Counted from the first letter of the whole stretch, positions 12,881 to 24,523 are shown. The stretch: DNA of 63,692 nucleotides, filler included, from Octopus bimaculoides (GCF_001194135.2; 5 parts of 4 records of this genome joined end to end with filler, not necessarily neighbours in it), one strand, 5' to 3'. Notes: a model not told the origin generated them from the letters alone. Numbers and translations: made by a program.

Positions 12881-13326
12881 TGTGGAAAAAAAAATTCCTA
12901 TCTTATTGATATGCAACATCTTCCAAGGCTATCCTTGTTCAATTCATTCTAATTAAGTACTTCATCAAAACTCTTTCCATAACCTTGCTAAATGCAATGA
13001 CTGAAGTTGGTTTTGTCTCCAAGAAGATTTGAACTTAGGAATGAAAGTGAAAGAAAAACAAGTTCTCCAACGCCCTAATGCAATAAACTGTAACTGTTTG
13101 TGGTATTTATTTACAAATAAGTGACAGTTAAGTGTTTTAGTAAGCAATACTGTGCACTGGTAGCAATGGGTTAAGTATCTTCAACCCAAGAATGGTAGGT
13201 TGGCACCTTAATAACCTAGCAAAATATCAATGGGTATTTATTATCAGCAATGAATTCCACTCATTAATTGTAATTCAATGTACTGATGTGAATTATATAT
13301 GATTAGAAGTAAAATCTTAAACTTAC

Positions 13327-13376
13327 TCTTGATTTCCCATCAATTGATCCTTCAGCGATTGGGATATCAATAATTC
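13327..13376 (-). CDS. RPUSD4: RPUSD4-like exon 6, GIIDIPIAEGSIDGKSR, phase 1-0
   Basis: Acceptor tttgtcaag|GA, donor AGA|gtaagt. GxIDxPI motif. Confidence 0.93.
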
Positions 13377-13424
13377 CTTGACAAATAAAAAGAAAGTTAT
13401 TATATAAATGGAGAAAATTAAAGC

Positions 13425-13775
13425 ACCCCTCCTCATCTCCAAAAAAAAGCCAAAGTGGTTCCATTTGCAGGGAAGGTGATGGCCTTTGGTTTCTGGGGAT
13501 GCAAAAGGCATTGTATTTATTGATTATCTTCAAAAGGGCCACACCATCAATGGAGGGTATTATGCCAGCTTGCTGTGATAGTTATGAAAGACTATCAAGA
13601 CCAAATGCCCAAGAAAACTGATGAAGGGATCTCTTTTATTTATCAGGAGTGTGATCCAGCACACAAATTCTTGGTTTCAATGGCTGCTATGCTTAACTGT
13701 GATTTTAAACTGGTTGATCATCATCCCTAATCTCTTGATTTGGTCTCATCTGACTATCATCTGTTCTCCAACATG
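13425..13775 (+). mobile_element. Second mariner catalytic-domain fragment
   Basis: Reads as KKAKVVPFAGKVM, FWDAKGIVFIDYLQKGHTINGGYYASLL and SDYHLFSNM across frameshifts. Confidence 0.85.
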
Positions 13776-15138
13776 ACAAATGATTCAGAGTAGCCAGAGG
13801 CATGTATCTGAGCAACAATGATAAGAGCATACTAAATACCATACAAAATAAATCCTAGATCACTGAAATTATCTTTGCTTCCAGAGAAGACTGAACTATT
13901 TGCTTGTTGGTAATTGAGAGCAACTCCTAATGGGAAGGGGAGAAAATCTCACAAATTCTCCAAAATTGACATGTCATTAAGGAAAAGACAGTTTGTATGA
14001 AGACGAGAAGATAGCTGTGAACAGGTGTTCCAGCCACAATAGGCATCATTAGCTCAGCAGTAGCCCTACCTTATCTCCAGCATAATGAGACATTTAGAGA
14101 AAAAAGAACAACATATTTATGGCCTACATAATTTGCATGAATAAAATGAATCAGTGACAATTAATTGTTCTAACTTAGCTGGGAACAAACATAATTTCAA
14201 TAAACCAGTGACACATATTAGAATAAAACAAAGATGATAATGATATACAAAATACCATACAAGGTATATAAAAAAAAACTGGAAGTATCACACAGGTGTG
14301 GATGGAGATTGGTATGAATGCAGAGATATCATCTTAAGCAGAAGGGTTGTGAAGAGAGGACAGTGAGAGAAAGAAACATAGGGAAGTAGTAATGAATGGA
14401 GATTTAATTAGAGAAAGAAAGGCTGGAGGTTTCCATAGTAGTAGAAGAGAGCAGAGGATGAAAGTAGAGACAGCATCCCATGTAGGGAGACAGTTGTGAG
14501 AGGATAATGAGATAGAGACAGGGGAGGAGCAGTGGGTGAATGCAGTAAGAACATCCCAGCCAACAACATTCCTCTCATTAGCATTCATTGTGCAATGCTA
14601 GATCAGGAGAGTGGGTTTTGTACACTACAGCATATCACCAGTTATTGCGGTTGGTTGTCAACAACTCTGTGAGGCTTAACATATTGGAATTGGTTTCCAC
14701 TATTCCATGTCTTTCTAAGTGTTTCTCTTCTACTGGTATCATCCACTTTGTGCATGCAGTACCTTTTTATGCAATTATCTTCACCTATGCACATTATATG
14801 CCCATACCATGATTCCCTCTATACGTAGCTTTTCTCTGGAATTGAAAGGCCTTAAAGTAAACTAGCCATCACAAAAATTATAACAAATAGAAAAAGAGAC
14901 AGGACTCTGATGCATCAGGAAAACAATCATGTTTGCCATGCAGAAAAGAAGTAGGTAAAAACTCTTTACAGCATGCTCATTGTAAATAATGGTCACATAA
15001 AATAATGATGACAATGACAGCAAATGGTACTAAGAAAATATTTTTGATTTAGAAAATGATTTTAAAAATCCACAAAAATTAAAATAAGTTTGTTTTGGAA
15101 TCTGAGATAGTCAGAAATTTTAGAGGCATAATACATAC

Positions 15139-15239
15139 CAATATCAGGATTTGGTACACCTTTAGTTATGGCCCAGTACTTTTTGATAACTTCTTGTTCT
15201 CTGAACATCTTATGAAGAACAGCTGCCATTTCTGCTGTC
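15139..15239 (-). CDS. RPUSD4: RPUSD4-like exon 5, TAEMAAVLHKMFREQEVIKKYWAITKGVPNPDIG, phase 2-1
   Basis: Acceptor ttcacatag|G, donor TTG|gtatgt. Contains the KxYWA motif (conserved Tyr of RluA family). Confidence 0.95.
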
Positions 15240-15351
15240 CTATGTGAAATATAATTTTAAAAACAAATCATTTATTATTAGCTGTCTTCTGATGAAAGAA
15301 TAACTGAATAGACAGAGAGTGGGGGAGAAGTGCCAAGGAAAATACTGTTAC

Positions 15352-15481
15352 CTTGCAAGTAAGAGAACCCCTGTGGTTTCTTTGTCAAGGCGATGGATAA
15401 GATGGAGTGTTCCTTTGTGGTAAATCTTAGCTGCAAGTTCTGGTAGTAGATCTGCTAGACTCACATGTACACCGGGACCAC
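15352..15481 (-). CDS. RPUSD4: RPUSD4-like exon 4, GGPGVHVSLADLLPELAAKIYHKGTLHLIHRLDKETTGVLLLAR, with catalytic Asp motif HRLDKETTG
   Basis: Acceptor cctttag|GT, donor AAG|gtaaca. HRLDxxTTG is the RluA/RPUSD catalytic motif II. Confidence 0.97.
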
Positions 15482-16038
15482 CTAAAGGTAAATATATTGT
15501 ATAACAAAAATGAAACATGTTCCTTCCTACCAGCAATTAAACTGAAATTCTAAATCAAAAAATTATCATAATTATTTTTAACATTAGCAAAAGTCTGTCA
15601 TGCTCCTACATGAACCACATAAAGATACCTTCATTAATTTGTTGCCAATTGTTATTGACCACAAATTAATGAAGGTGACCTTTCATGGCTCCTAGAAATA
15701 GGAACCATAAATAAGGAAAGGATATTAGATTATATAGTTTTACATTTCCTTAAATAATATTTACTAGCTGTAGACAATTTTGTCATCTCATTGAACTGTT
15801 ATTCTCAGTCCACTGGCTCTAGATAATTTAGTCCATTAATTTACTGTTTCTTTGCTCACTAGTTCTAGTTAGAAGGTGCTATGAACACACTAATAATAAA
15901 AGCATTCAGTGATGGATGATTATGTAGTCTTTCTTGAAAGTATATAACAGTTTCTTAGGCAAAAGTGAGCAAAGATAAGGGTAAGTAAAGGATATGTATT
16001 TGACTCCATAATATATATATTTCTGTTACTTTATAATA

Positions 16039-16760
16039 TACTAGCAGAAATACCCGGCTTTGCCCGGGTTAAAGAGAATAATGAAATCTAAAAACGCCGT
16101 CTAGACTACGCAACCCTCAACTGTTAGTAGCTACGATACCATATTTCTACATTAATAACTCTCCAATCCATGCCAGCATTCAACATAGACATTAAGTGGA
16201 ATGCCAGTCTCTCATCTAGGAGGGCCTTGAAATCAATGTTACCAACTGGGGACTATGTGTGTCGTAGTGATAATAAAAAGACCCAAAGGAGGTCTGCAAC
16301 GAAATAATTTTACTCAACACTTTGCAAGTGAATCAGTGGAGGCAAAGATGCGTCTCATTTACTTGACAATTTATGCACCACATTGCAGAAATNNNNNNNN
16401 NNGGTGTACATATACATGTATATGTATACATATACATCTCTCTCTCTCTCTGTGAAAGTATCTGTCACTACAGTATCGAAATGTGATTGTTTCAGTTAGT
16501 GGAATAGTTTCATTTTTAAAGTGAAAGTATTTGACATGAGTGTTTTTGTTTCACTTTTGACACTTAATACTTAAATAGTGGAGGAGATATTATGTTGCCG
16601 TGTGCTCGAACTCTGCAAGAAGTTAATAATTTTTTTTTACTAAAACACAACTGGAACCCTAAGTAAGGCATATGTAAAATTTGAATGAAATTGGTTGCGT
16701 AGTTCTCGAGTTTTAGGGATTCACACAGACAGACACACATTCTCATTTTTATATATATAG
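16039..16760 (+). mobile_element. Helentron/HINE (DINE-1-like) non-autonomous element
   Basis: 5' tactagc...cccggctttgcccggg short inverted repeat, internal microsatellite, 3' gaaattggttgcgtagtt...acagacagac...tttatatatag end. Confidence 0.65.
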
Positions 16761-16898
16761 ATATATATCCTGCATTATAGCTACATCATACTACGGGATT
16801 TTGTACTTACAGAATTATAAAGTATTATTAATATGGGGATATGGTCTGCAATAGAAACTCAAATAAATTGTAACAGTTCCTTATGGAAACTCAAACTT

Positions 16899-17100
16899 TT
16901 ACAATTATTTCATCATCGTCGTCTAACGTCCGTTTTCCATGCTGGCATGGGTTGGATGGTTTGACTGAGGTCTGGAGAACCAGCAGATTGGGCTCTGGTG
17001 TAGCCGCTGGCTCTCCAGACTGCAGTCAAACCGTCCAACCCATGCCAGCATGGAAAATGGACGTTAAACGATGATGATGATGATAATGAAATAATTGTAA
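16899..17100. repeat. Compact fold-back of two RTE-tail SINE ends in opposite orientation (RPUSD4 intron 3)
   Basis: Arms about 16899-16984 and 17006-17100 are reverse complements with a few mismatches; loop about 21 nt. Confidence 0.9.
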
Positions 17101-18237
17101 CAGTTTAAAAGTTACACTTTTCCTTCACCAAAAATGCTGTTTTATCTAACATCAAATATAGTTGATTGGAAAAACTAGTCACAATATATACATACATGTG
17201 TATATGTGTGTACACAGGTGTTTGTGCCTCTTGTGTGAGGTACATGGACAGGTGAGCGAGCAAATAAGTCTCTGTTCATTTGTCTATCTTAGATATAGTT
17301 GTCAAGAAGTGGGCTGCATGAGACCTGGCTCATAATTAGGTAGGCTAAACTGCCACAAAAATCCAAGGTAATTTTTTGTTCAGTGTGTTGTTCAGAAAGT
17401 CCTGCAGATTGCAGGTTGCCCAAATGCCCACCCATCTGCCTAGGAATGAAATGAAACCCTCAGATTTGAATGGTGTTTGGGAAAAAAAAACACGGCTAGG
17501 CTGTATCTGTGACTTTACAAATATTCCAAGAAAAGAAAGCTTACATCAAATTCACAAAGATATCATGACATTTGCAAATAAAGTAGGATGATGTGGTCGT
17601 GCTCCATAGAGAAAGTTTAAGGAGGAGCTGGTGCAAAAATACAGGTTGAGAATACAAATACTCCAAAAATTCCACTTGAATTGATTGCTAAGAGTTGGCA
17701 CTCAGAGGAACATCTGCAAATTTTTGCTGATAACAAGTCTAATTGTGAATGTAACATAGAAATCATGAGAAGTTTACCAATTTACAATGAGCAGTTCCTT
17801 TACTGAACAAAGAGATGATGCACCATAAAAATCGAACAATTTCTTCACCATTCAAGATAATGATGATGATGATGAATTATAGGATAAATAATGTCACTCA
17901 TCCTCTCAGTAACTCATTCTGCTGCTATCCTTCCTTCAGTAACCAGCACCTTTTGTGGAAAGAACATACCATACCCTTTTCTGATATGACAACTGTTATT
18001 TATTCTACAAAGTTGTTCTCAAATGTTATGTATGCATATTGTTCCATGGAACTGCCATGACATTTCCCCCAACATGAAGATAAAGGTGTACAATGCCGCA
18101 GTGCTCCCATGCCTCCTGAAAGTATTTCAACTGCAAAACATCTTCACACATTTGAATGTATGTTGAATACATCTAATATGACTTTTAACAAATATATTTC
18201 AATCCTGCTTTGTGTGACTTTAGCCAGTTTGCGTGCA

Positions 18238-18305
<68 letters not shown>

Positions 18306-18847
18306 ATGGACTTAATATGTTTACTAAATTCACTCACAAAATATTAATCAATCAGGGGCTTTAAAAGAAGACACTTACCCAAGGTGCCACATAGTGGGAC
18401 TGAACTCAAAACCAAGTAGTTGAGAAGCAAAATTCTTAACTATACAGCTCACACTGACTAATTTTAGGGTGTGACTTGTAGGAAATATGGTGACTATTTC
18501 TAGCAGGCCAAGTGATTGTGTAAAGCAGTGATTTTCAACCTTTTGCAATCCAAATACTAAAACTGGAGTAGTTTGTCATTGCCTTGCTGAAGTTATATTA
18601 CATAAGAAACAAAATTTAATTATTTTTGAAGTGGAAATGGGTAACATATTACACTTTACCACTAAACAATAAATACTTTGACATTTCTGAAATGTCTTAA
18701 AACTGTGCAGTATATTTGGAAAGCATAAGTGTCACTGGTTAGAAAAGTCAGGTGTAAAGGCTCTTTCATTAGCTTGATATATTAATGAGGTTGTTAAGGC
18801 ATTTACTGACTTTAAATAAATGATAGGTTTCATAAATATCAACTTAC

Positions 18848-18892
18848 CATGAGAAGACAGGCCATATGGCTTATTGATAGCAACAATGTCAT
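18848..18892 (-). CDS. RPUSD4: RPUSD4-like exon 3, NDIVAINKPYGLSSHG (RluA motif I), phase 1-1
   Basis: Acceptor tgttacag|AT, donor CATG|gtaagt. NKPxGL is the RluA-family motif I. Confidence 0.95.
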
Positions 18893-20255
18893 CTGTAACA
18901 TAAAATAAGGAAATACATTTCATATTCTTTCATTTTTATTATTCAACCCTTTTATTACCATATTTCTGTTGAGATGCTCTGTGTTTCTTTCAATTAATTT
19001 TATAAATATAACAAAGAATTTAGTAAAATAACTTAGTTATCATTAAGCTTGTGTTAGGAACATAAATTGTGACTAAATGTTGGTGGAAGATTTTAATTTA
19101 GAACTTTTGAGAACAAGACATTTATGTTAAAATCAAATTACGATAAACGTAAACAAACAAACAAAGTTTGCTTTTAGAAGCATTGAGATGTCTTAGAAAG
19201 TTAAAGTGATTTTAAATTCTCAAACGCAGGATAATGCTTATTATATAGCCTGAACAGGATAAACTACCCTTATTTTGCAGAAAAAAGTGTGGGCGGCCAG
19301 CCATGAGACATTTATACTAGAGCCAGAGGTGGTTTCAGCTGGGTTGGTATCAAAAGGGTTAAGAAATAAAGGTGGTGAACTAGGAAACTCATTACTGCAC
19401 CAGAAAAATTACATTTCTTCCCGCTTTATGTTCTGATTTCAAATGCCATCAAGGTTGACTTTGCCTTTCATTGTCTTGGGGTTAATTAAAAAAGAACCAG
19501 TTGAATACTGGAGTTGATGTAACCCACTAGTCCCTCCCCACCAAATTTCAGACATTGAGCCTATAATAGAAATGATTATATAAAAATAAAGAATGCAGAT
19601 TCATTAAACCAAATATTTAAAATAAATGAATAGAATATTGCATTAATTGTTAGCAATAGTATTATATAATTAGAGCCTAACGAGTAATTGAGTTTGTTTT
19701 TCATAACTTCATGAATATTAATAACATTACCTACACATTGGTAATAACATTACCAATACAATAGAATATTAATAACATTACCTAAAACTTCTATCACGGA
19801 TTAAAATAATTTTCCTAGAATTGTAATATCCATATTTTCATACCAGTATACATTGCACTGAGCTGTAATGAATTTCAATCCTGTGTTATGCTATCAACTT
19901 GACCCACCACTCAGGTCTGATCATATCACCTCCACTCAGGACCTCTGATTTACTCAGTTGACCACTCATCACCTATACTGTTTCCCTTGCAAGACTTTCA
20001 TGTCACCACTTTTCTAAATCTCCTCTCTCCAGAATATTATCCCTCTGGAATTACCTCCCTCCCAACATTGCTTCCTGCAACTGTCAGCTTTCTATTATCA
20101 AGAGAGCCAACTTTGATAGAAACAATAGTGACAATTCTCTAAACTGCATTCTTTCATTCTATCTCAATGTTAGTCAGCAGTAATGTCACCCTCTTCCAAT
20201 GTTAACCACCAAACTATTGGTAGCTCTCCATCAGCACCCATATTATCTTCTCTTT

Positions 20256-20453
20256 TTTAAATAATGTTACTCATGAATTTGCATCAGATGAAAACTTTAT
20301 CGATTCGCAATATTTCAACAAACCGATGTCCGGAACAACAGATGAGCAACCGTTGTTAGAACTAAATTCTACACATCGAGCACATTCTTTGGCAGAGAAT
20401 AAAGAAGATTTGCAAAGAGAAAATCAAAATTTTATTGATAATCAATATTTTGG
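20256..20453 (+). repeat. Inverted duplicate of part of RPUSD4 exon 1 (22017-22214) inside intron 2
   Basis: Manual block-by-block comparison gives 197/198 identity to the reverse complement of 22017-22214. The single difference is 20282 C vs 22188 A. Confidence 0.97.
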
Positions 20454-21063
20454 GTGTAATTTTAATTAATTAAATATTGTTTCTAGCTTCCTAATTTTAT
20501 GTTCACCAACTTTCTACTTTATTATATATATATATGTGTGTTTTATGCAGTGCTAATAAAGTGATTACTGTTGCAATATTTGTATCATAGCCATACAAAC
20601 TGTTCTCGATTTTGTTTTACATCCATTTTTTCATGCTAGCATGGCTTAGATGACTATGTATTGAGACAATGTTTTCCATTTTACAACTGCCCTTCCTGTC
20701 AGTATTTCACACTATTTTTCAAGTAAGGGATTTAAAGTTTTGTTTTATTCAGCAAGTTTTCAAAAGTGCAGAGCTAAATGACTCATTGGCATGGAATGAT
20801 ACCAAACTTCACTGTTACTCAACACAGAATGTAAACATTCATAGACATGCATGCACACACAAGCTTCTGTACAGTTTCTGTTTACCAAATTTACTCACAA
20901 AACATTAGTTGGTCGAAAGCTATAGTAGAAGATGTCACACAGTGAGACTGAACTAAAAGCCATATGGTTGAGAAGCAAACACCTTAACCACATAGCCAAG
21001 CCTGCACATATATATCGAATAAATATAAAGAAAACACAAAAATGCAATAAGAGTTATACTTAC

Positions 21064-21189
21064 TCTTATTATAAATAATTCTGCTTTTAATATGATTTAC
21101 AATTTCATAGCTTGTCAGTTTAGTTAAATCAGTAACTTGGTCTTTCAAAATACGGAAACCCTTACTGTCTAAAAGAGGACCGTCAGGAT
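21064..21189 (-). CDS. RPUSD4: RPUSD4-like exon 2, DPDGPLLDSKGFRILKDQVTDLTKLTSYEIVNHIKSRIIYNK, phase 1-1
   Basis: Long polypyrimidine acceptor (ccacag|AT), donor AAGA|gtaagt, 126-nt open frame. Confidence 0.88.
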
Positions 21190-21834
21190 CTGTGGTAGAA
21201 ACCGAGTAAAGAATGAGAAGAAATATCTGGAAATATCACAGTTGAAATAAGGGTAGCAATAAAATAAGAGCTACAGAAATAAATGGGACAGAAACAGAAA
21301 GGACTTAGCATATTTAGAGCCACAGTAATTTCAACCAATTCAGAAGTCCCAAGTTTAATTAACGAAGCCTAATTCGAACATGCATTTTCTGGCTACTTTG
21401 TTCATTGGTGATTTGGAAATGAAATGTAGATTTGATGCTTATAAAGAGGAATGCACAAAAAAAAAAAAAAACTATATAGAAAACTAGCTGAAAGACCTCC
21501 CCCAGGCGGTTTTCTGCTAGCCACTTGATAATATCTTCACATTTGATTCCCATTTCTAATAATTTTTATGATATTGTTTGCCGTCGTGCCTTTGCTGCTA
21601 AATGTTCTTTTTCTGTCGCACATTTTGGCATGCGGGTTCAAGCGAAAGAATACCCATATTTTTTAGACGTCCCATGTAATGCGATATTTGTGTAATAACG
21701 AAATCAAACCTGGTGTTTATGTTACAGAGACAGTGTGTTTTTATATTAGAGAGATAGTGTGTGTGTGAAAGAGAGTTGGGGAGAGAACTACTGCAAACAA
21801 TGAATGAAATAAACCCAAAGATAATGCAATTTAC

Positions 21835-22831
21835 CTCGAACATTTTCCTTCCGAAGTTTTTTTCGAATCTTCATAGCTACATTAAATGCATTCTCTGTTT
21901 CCTCCTCATGGGTAGGTGGTTTTGACTGAGCCTTTATTTCAAGAGGTTCTTCTTTAGTCAAAACAGGTTCAATCTTTTTCAGGACAGTTGATGCTCCTTC
22001 GTTTTGATCGCTAAGGCCAAAATATTGATTATCAATAAAATTTTGATTTTCTCTTTGCAAATCTTCTTTATTCTCTGCCAAAGAATGTGCTCGATGTGTA
22101 GAATTTAGTTCTAACAACGGTTGCTCATCTGTTGTTCCGGACATCGGTTTGTTGAAATATTGCGAATCGATAAAGTTTTCATCTGATACAAATTCATGAG
22201 TAACATTATTTAAATTATGATTCTGGCTTCTGTGCAAATCCTTATCTTCTAAGTCCATTAAGATATGGTTAGCAGATGACGAAGTAATTTTTTTATTATC
22301 TATTAATCCCTTCGATTCGGAAGTATATTCGGTTCGTGAAAAATATTGATTATCGATATATTCAAACTCTGAGTTCTTATTGCTGGAAGCATCTAATTTA
22401 CGAAAATTGGAAATATTACTTTCGGTCTCTGTAGAAATTCTGTTATCAAATGACGAGTCTCCTAAATGAACGTCATGTTTCTCTCTTACCATTTTATCAG
22501 CAAGGGTATGTTTATTATAAGAATCTAGTCGTATACTACCAAACGGTACTTGAAAAACTTTTTCAAGCGATGGGTCTGATATCTTATTGGTCATTTTAGG
22601 TAAATATTTTCCGTATATATAATCTTTATCTACAACTTCATCAACCTTTTCAGATGGTTGACCGAGGGAGTCCTTTTCACTGATTCCAAAGAAGTCTTCT
22701 TCCTCTGCAGAATCAACAGACGAAGAGTATTTCTTAATTAACGGTATACAATTCCAAACATTTCGACATAACTTTTTTCGCTTAAGAAAATAATGAAAAT
22801 GAAGACACTGTCGAAGCTGTGACGGGTTCAT
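21835..22831 (-). CDS. RPUSD4: RPUSD4-like coding exon 1: presequence-like N-terminus plus long acidic extension (332 codons + 1 nt)
   Basis: ATG at 22831 opens the longest clean ORF in the window (347 aa). The donor CGAG|gtaaat gives a phase-1 join to exon 2. An acceptor-like ttatcttattccag just upstream (exon start 22838) implies an upstream 5'UTR exon. Confidence 0.88.
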
Positions 22832-23289
22832 GATGTCACTGGAATAAGATAAATATATTTATATAAATCATATATATTCAGTAGAAGACAATAGAAATTC
22901 TTCGTACCGCACAAGAATATCCTATGAACACATGCTTGTAAACATAAACTTATCTCTATTTCTAGAGAGGGACATTAGTTACGTTTTTTTCTTTTTTATA
23001 GAAAAAAAGCCTCCCAAAATAAAATTAAAATTAAATCCATTAATTTGTTAACTTTCTGTGGAATTTATATAGTACAAATAATAAATTAAAATCCTATAAC
23101 AATTTGATTTCCGCTAATAACATAATTGCAGAAGCCTTTTTAAGGGAAGTAACTCTAAATTCTTTGATTTAAAGGTTATTTAACGCCCTTCGACTTCGTC
23201 GGTATTGAATGCAGGTTGCATTCGTCACCGTAAAAAGATAAGCCTGATTATTAAAAGAGCCCCAGCCAGGGGAACGTTCTCTAAGTTGT

Positions 23290-23790
23290 GGAGTTAGTGA
23301 TTTATCCCAAGATGATGTGAAGATGCCTAATTGGTTCATTCTTTGCTCCTGGGATAGAGACAGATACCATGTATTGGACATCACCGTTATCGACTTATTT
23401 GCTCTGTCTGACATACTTAATCGTGTGTGTGTAGAATAAAAGTAACTGTATGCGTAGCTGAACAAAATAGAGCTTTGAAATATCGTAATCTGTTGGTAAA
23501 TTACATATTTCAGGCTATGGTTTTTGAGACGCTGGACTGCTGACATGCAGTGGAAGTGGGGTTTGAATTTTTTTCATGTGGAGCAAGCGAGTGTCTTTTC
23601 GCGGATTTCGTTGTTGGAGAACATCAGGCTTTCCTACTTCACAGTAGTGAAGTAGGCGGGTCACTCCTGGGTGGCACAGTTGTTTGTGAAGGGTTACCAC
23701 TGTTGTAGTGTCTCTTGTGACTGCACATCAGCTCGATAAAGGACAATGGTTGACGACCCTTCCCATTGCACTATCAGCCATGAGAGGACT
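23290..23790 (-). mobile_element. Degenerate Ty3/Gypsy integrase remnant
   Basis: Frame reads TLHKQLCHPGVTRLLHY, the His-containing start of a Gypsy integrase zinc-binding region; stops and frameshifts follow. Confidence 0.6.
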
Positions 23791-24127
23791 CATACATACA
23801 TACACACACACACACACATTTACATACACAGGCCGGCATTGGTAATTGATGAGGTTGAAAAGCTGGTTAGTACTTAATCTCCCTAGGTAATAAAATCTGG
23901 AAACAAAATTCTCTCCTTACCAAAAAAAACAAAAACAAATTATATCAACATCCTTATAGGTACATATACACACACTTAAAAATGAATTCATGTATACAAA
24001 TATATAAATGTATAGCTATATACATATGTAAATGTATGTATATATGTAGATTTATATATATAAATATATATTATACACACACACAATAAATATAAAAAGC
24101 GAAAAGATGAAACATGGTATTGAATCT

Positions 24128-24366
24128 TGTGGTGCGATGGAGGAAGAAGACAACAAGAAGCAAAAGGACAATGAAGCGTTGGACCGACCGCAGCGGGGTA
24201 CACGATCGCTCCTAACCAGAACACGTCTTTCTCGTAACGTCGCTGTTTTCTCACTGGCCCCACGTGCTAGCCTTCGACCGCGTGTCGCCGACTTCCGATC
24301 TGACCCTTCCGGTTTGGCCCTTCCGGTCTGGCTTCACCTCTGTTTGCCTCACCCCTCTCCACCACA
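24128..24366. promoter_or_regulatory. CpG-rich island with TGTGGTG...CACCACA inverted ends, three ETS-type (C/T)CGGAAG sites and an E-box: solo LTR and/or promoter element
   Basis: cttccg cores at a 14-bp period (24291, 24305, 24319), CACGTG at 24261, about 1.3 kb upstream of the RPUSD4 ATG. No TSD found. Confidence 0.4.
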
Positions 24367-24511
24367 ACACATAGCTCGTCACAGTCCATAACACCACACG
24401 CCCCCCTGATCTATAGATCATTCAACCGGCTCTCCCACTCACTCCTCGCTCCCGAACTACCTTAATTNNNNNNNNNNNNNNNNNNNNNNNNNNNNNNNNN
24501 NNNNNNNNNNN

Positions 24512-24523
24512 TTAATTAATTAA
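24512..24523. other. Assembly gap marker TTAATTAATTAA inside N runs (also 50885-50896, 58694-58705, 62214-62225)
   Basis: The identical 12-mer, with stops in all six frames, sits in the middle of four N gaps. Confidence 0.9.

Noticed and set aside
21100-21130. Apparent frameshift in RPUSD4 exon 2
   Set aside because: Re-reading shows ACT AAA CTG, so the frame is intact.
24512-24523. Recurrent TTAATTAATTAA as a possible regulatory or recombination motif
   Set aside because: It always sits inside N gaps and has stops in six frames, so it is an assembler gap marker.
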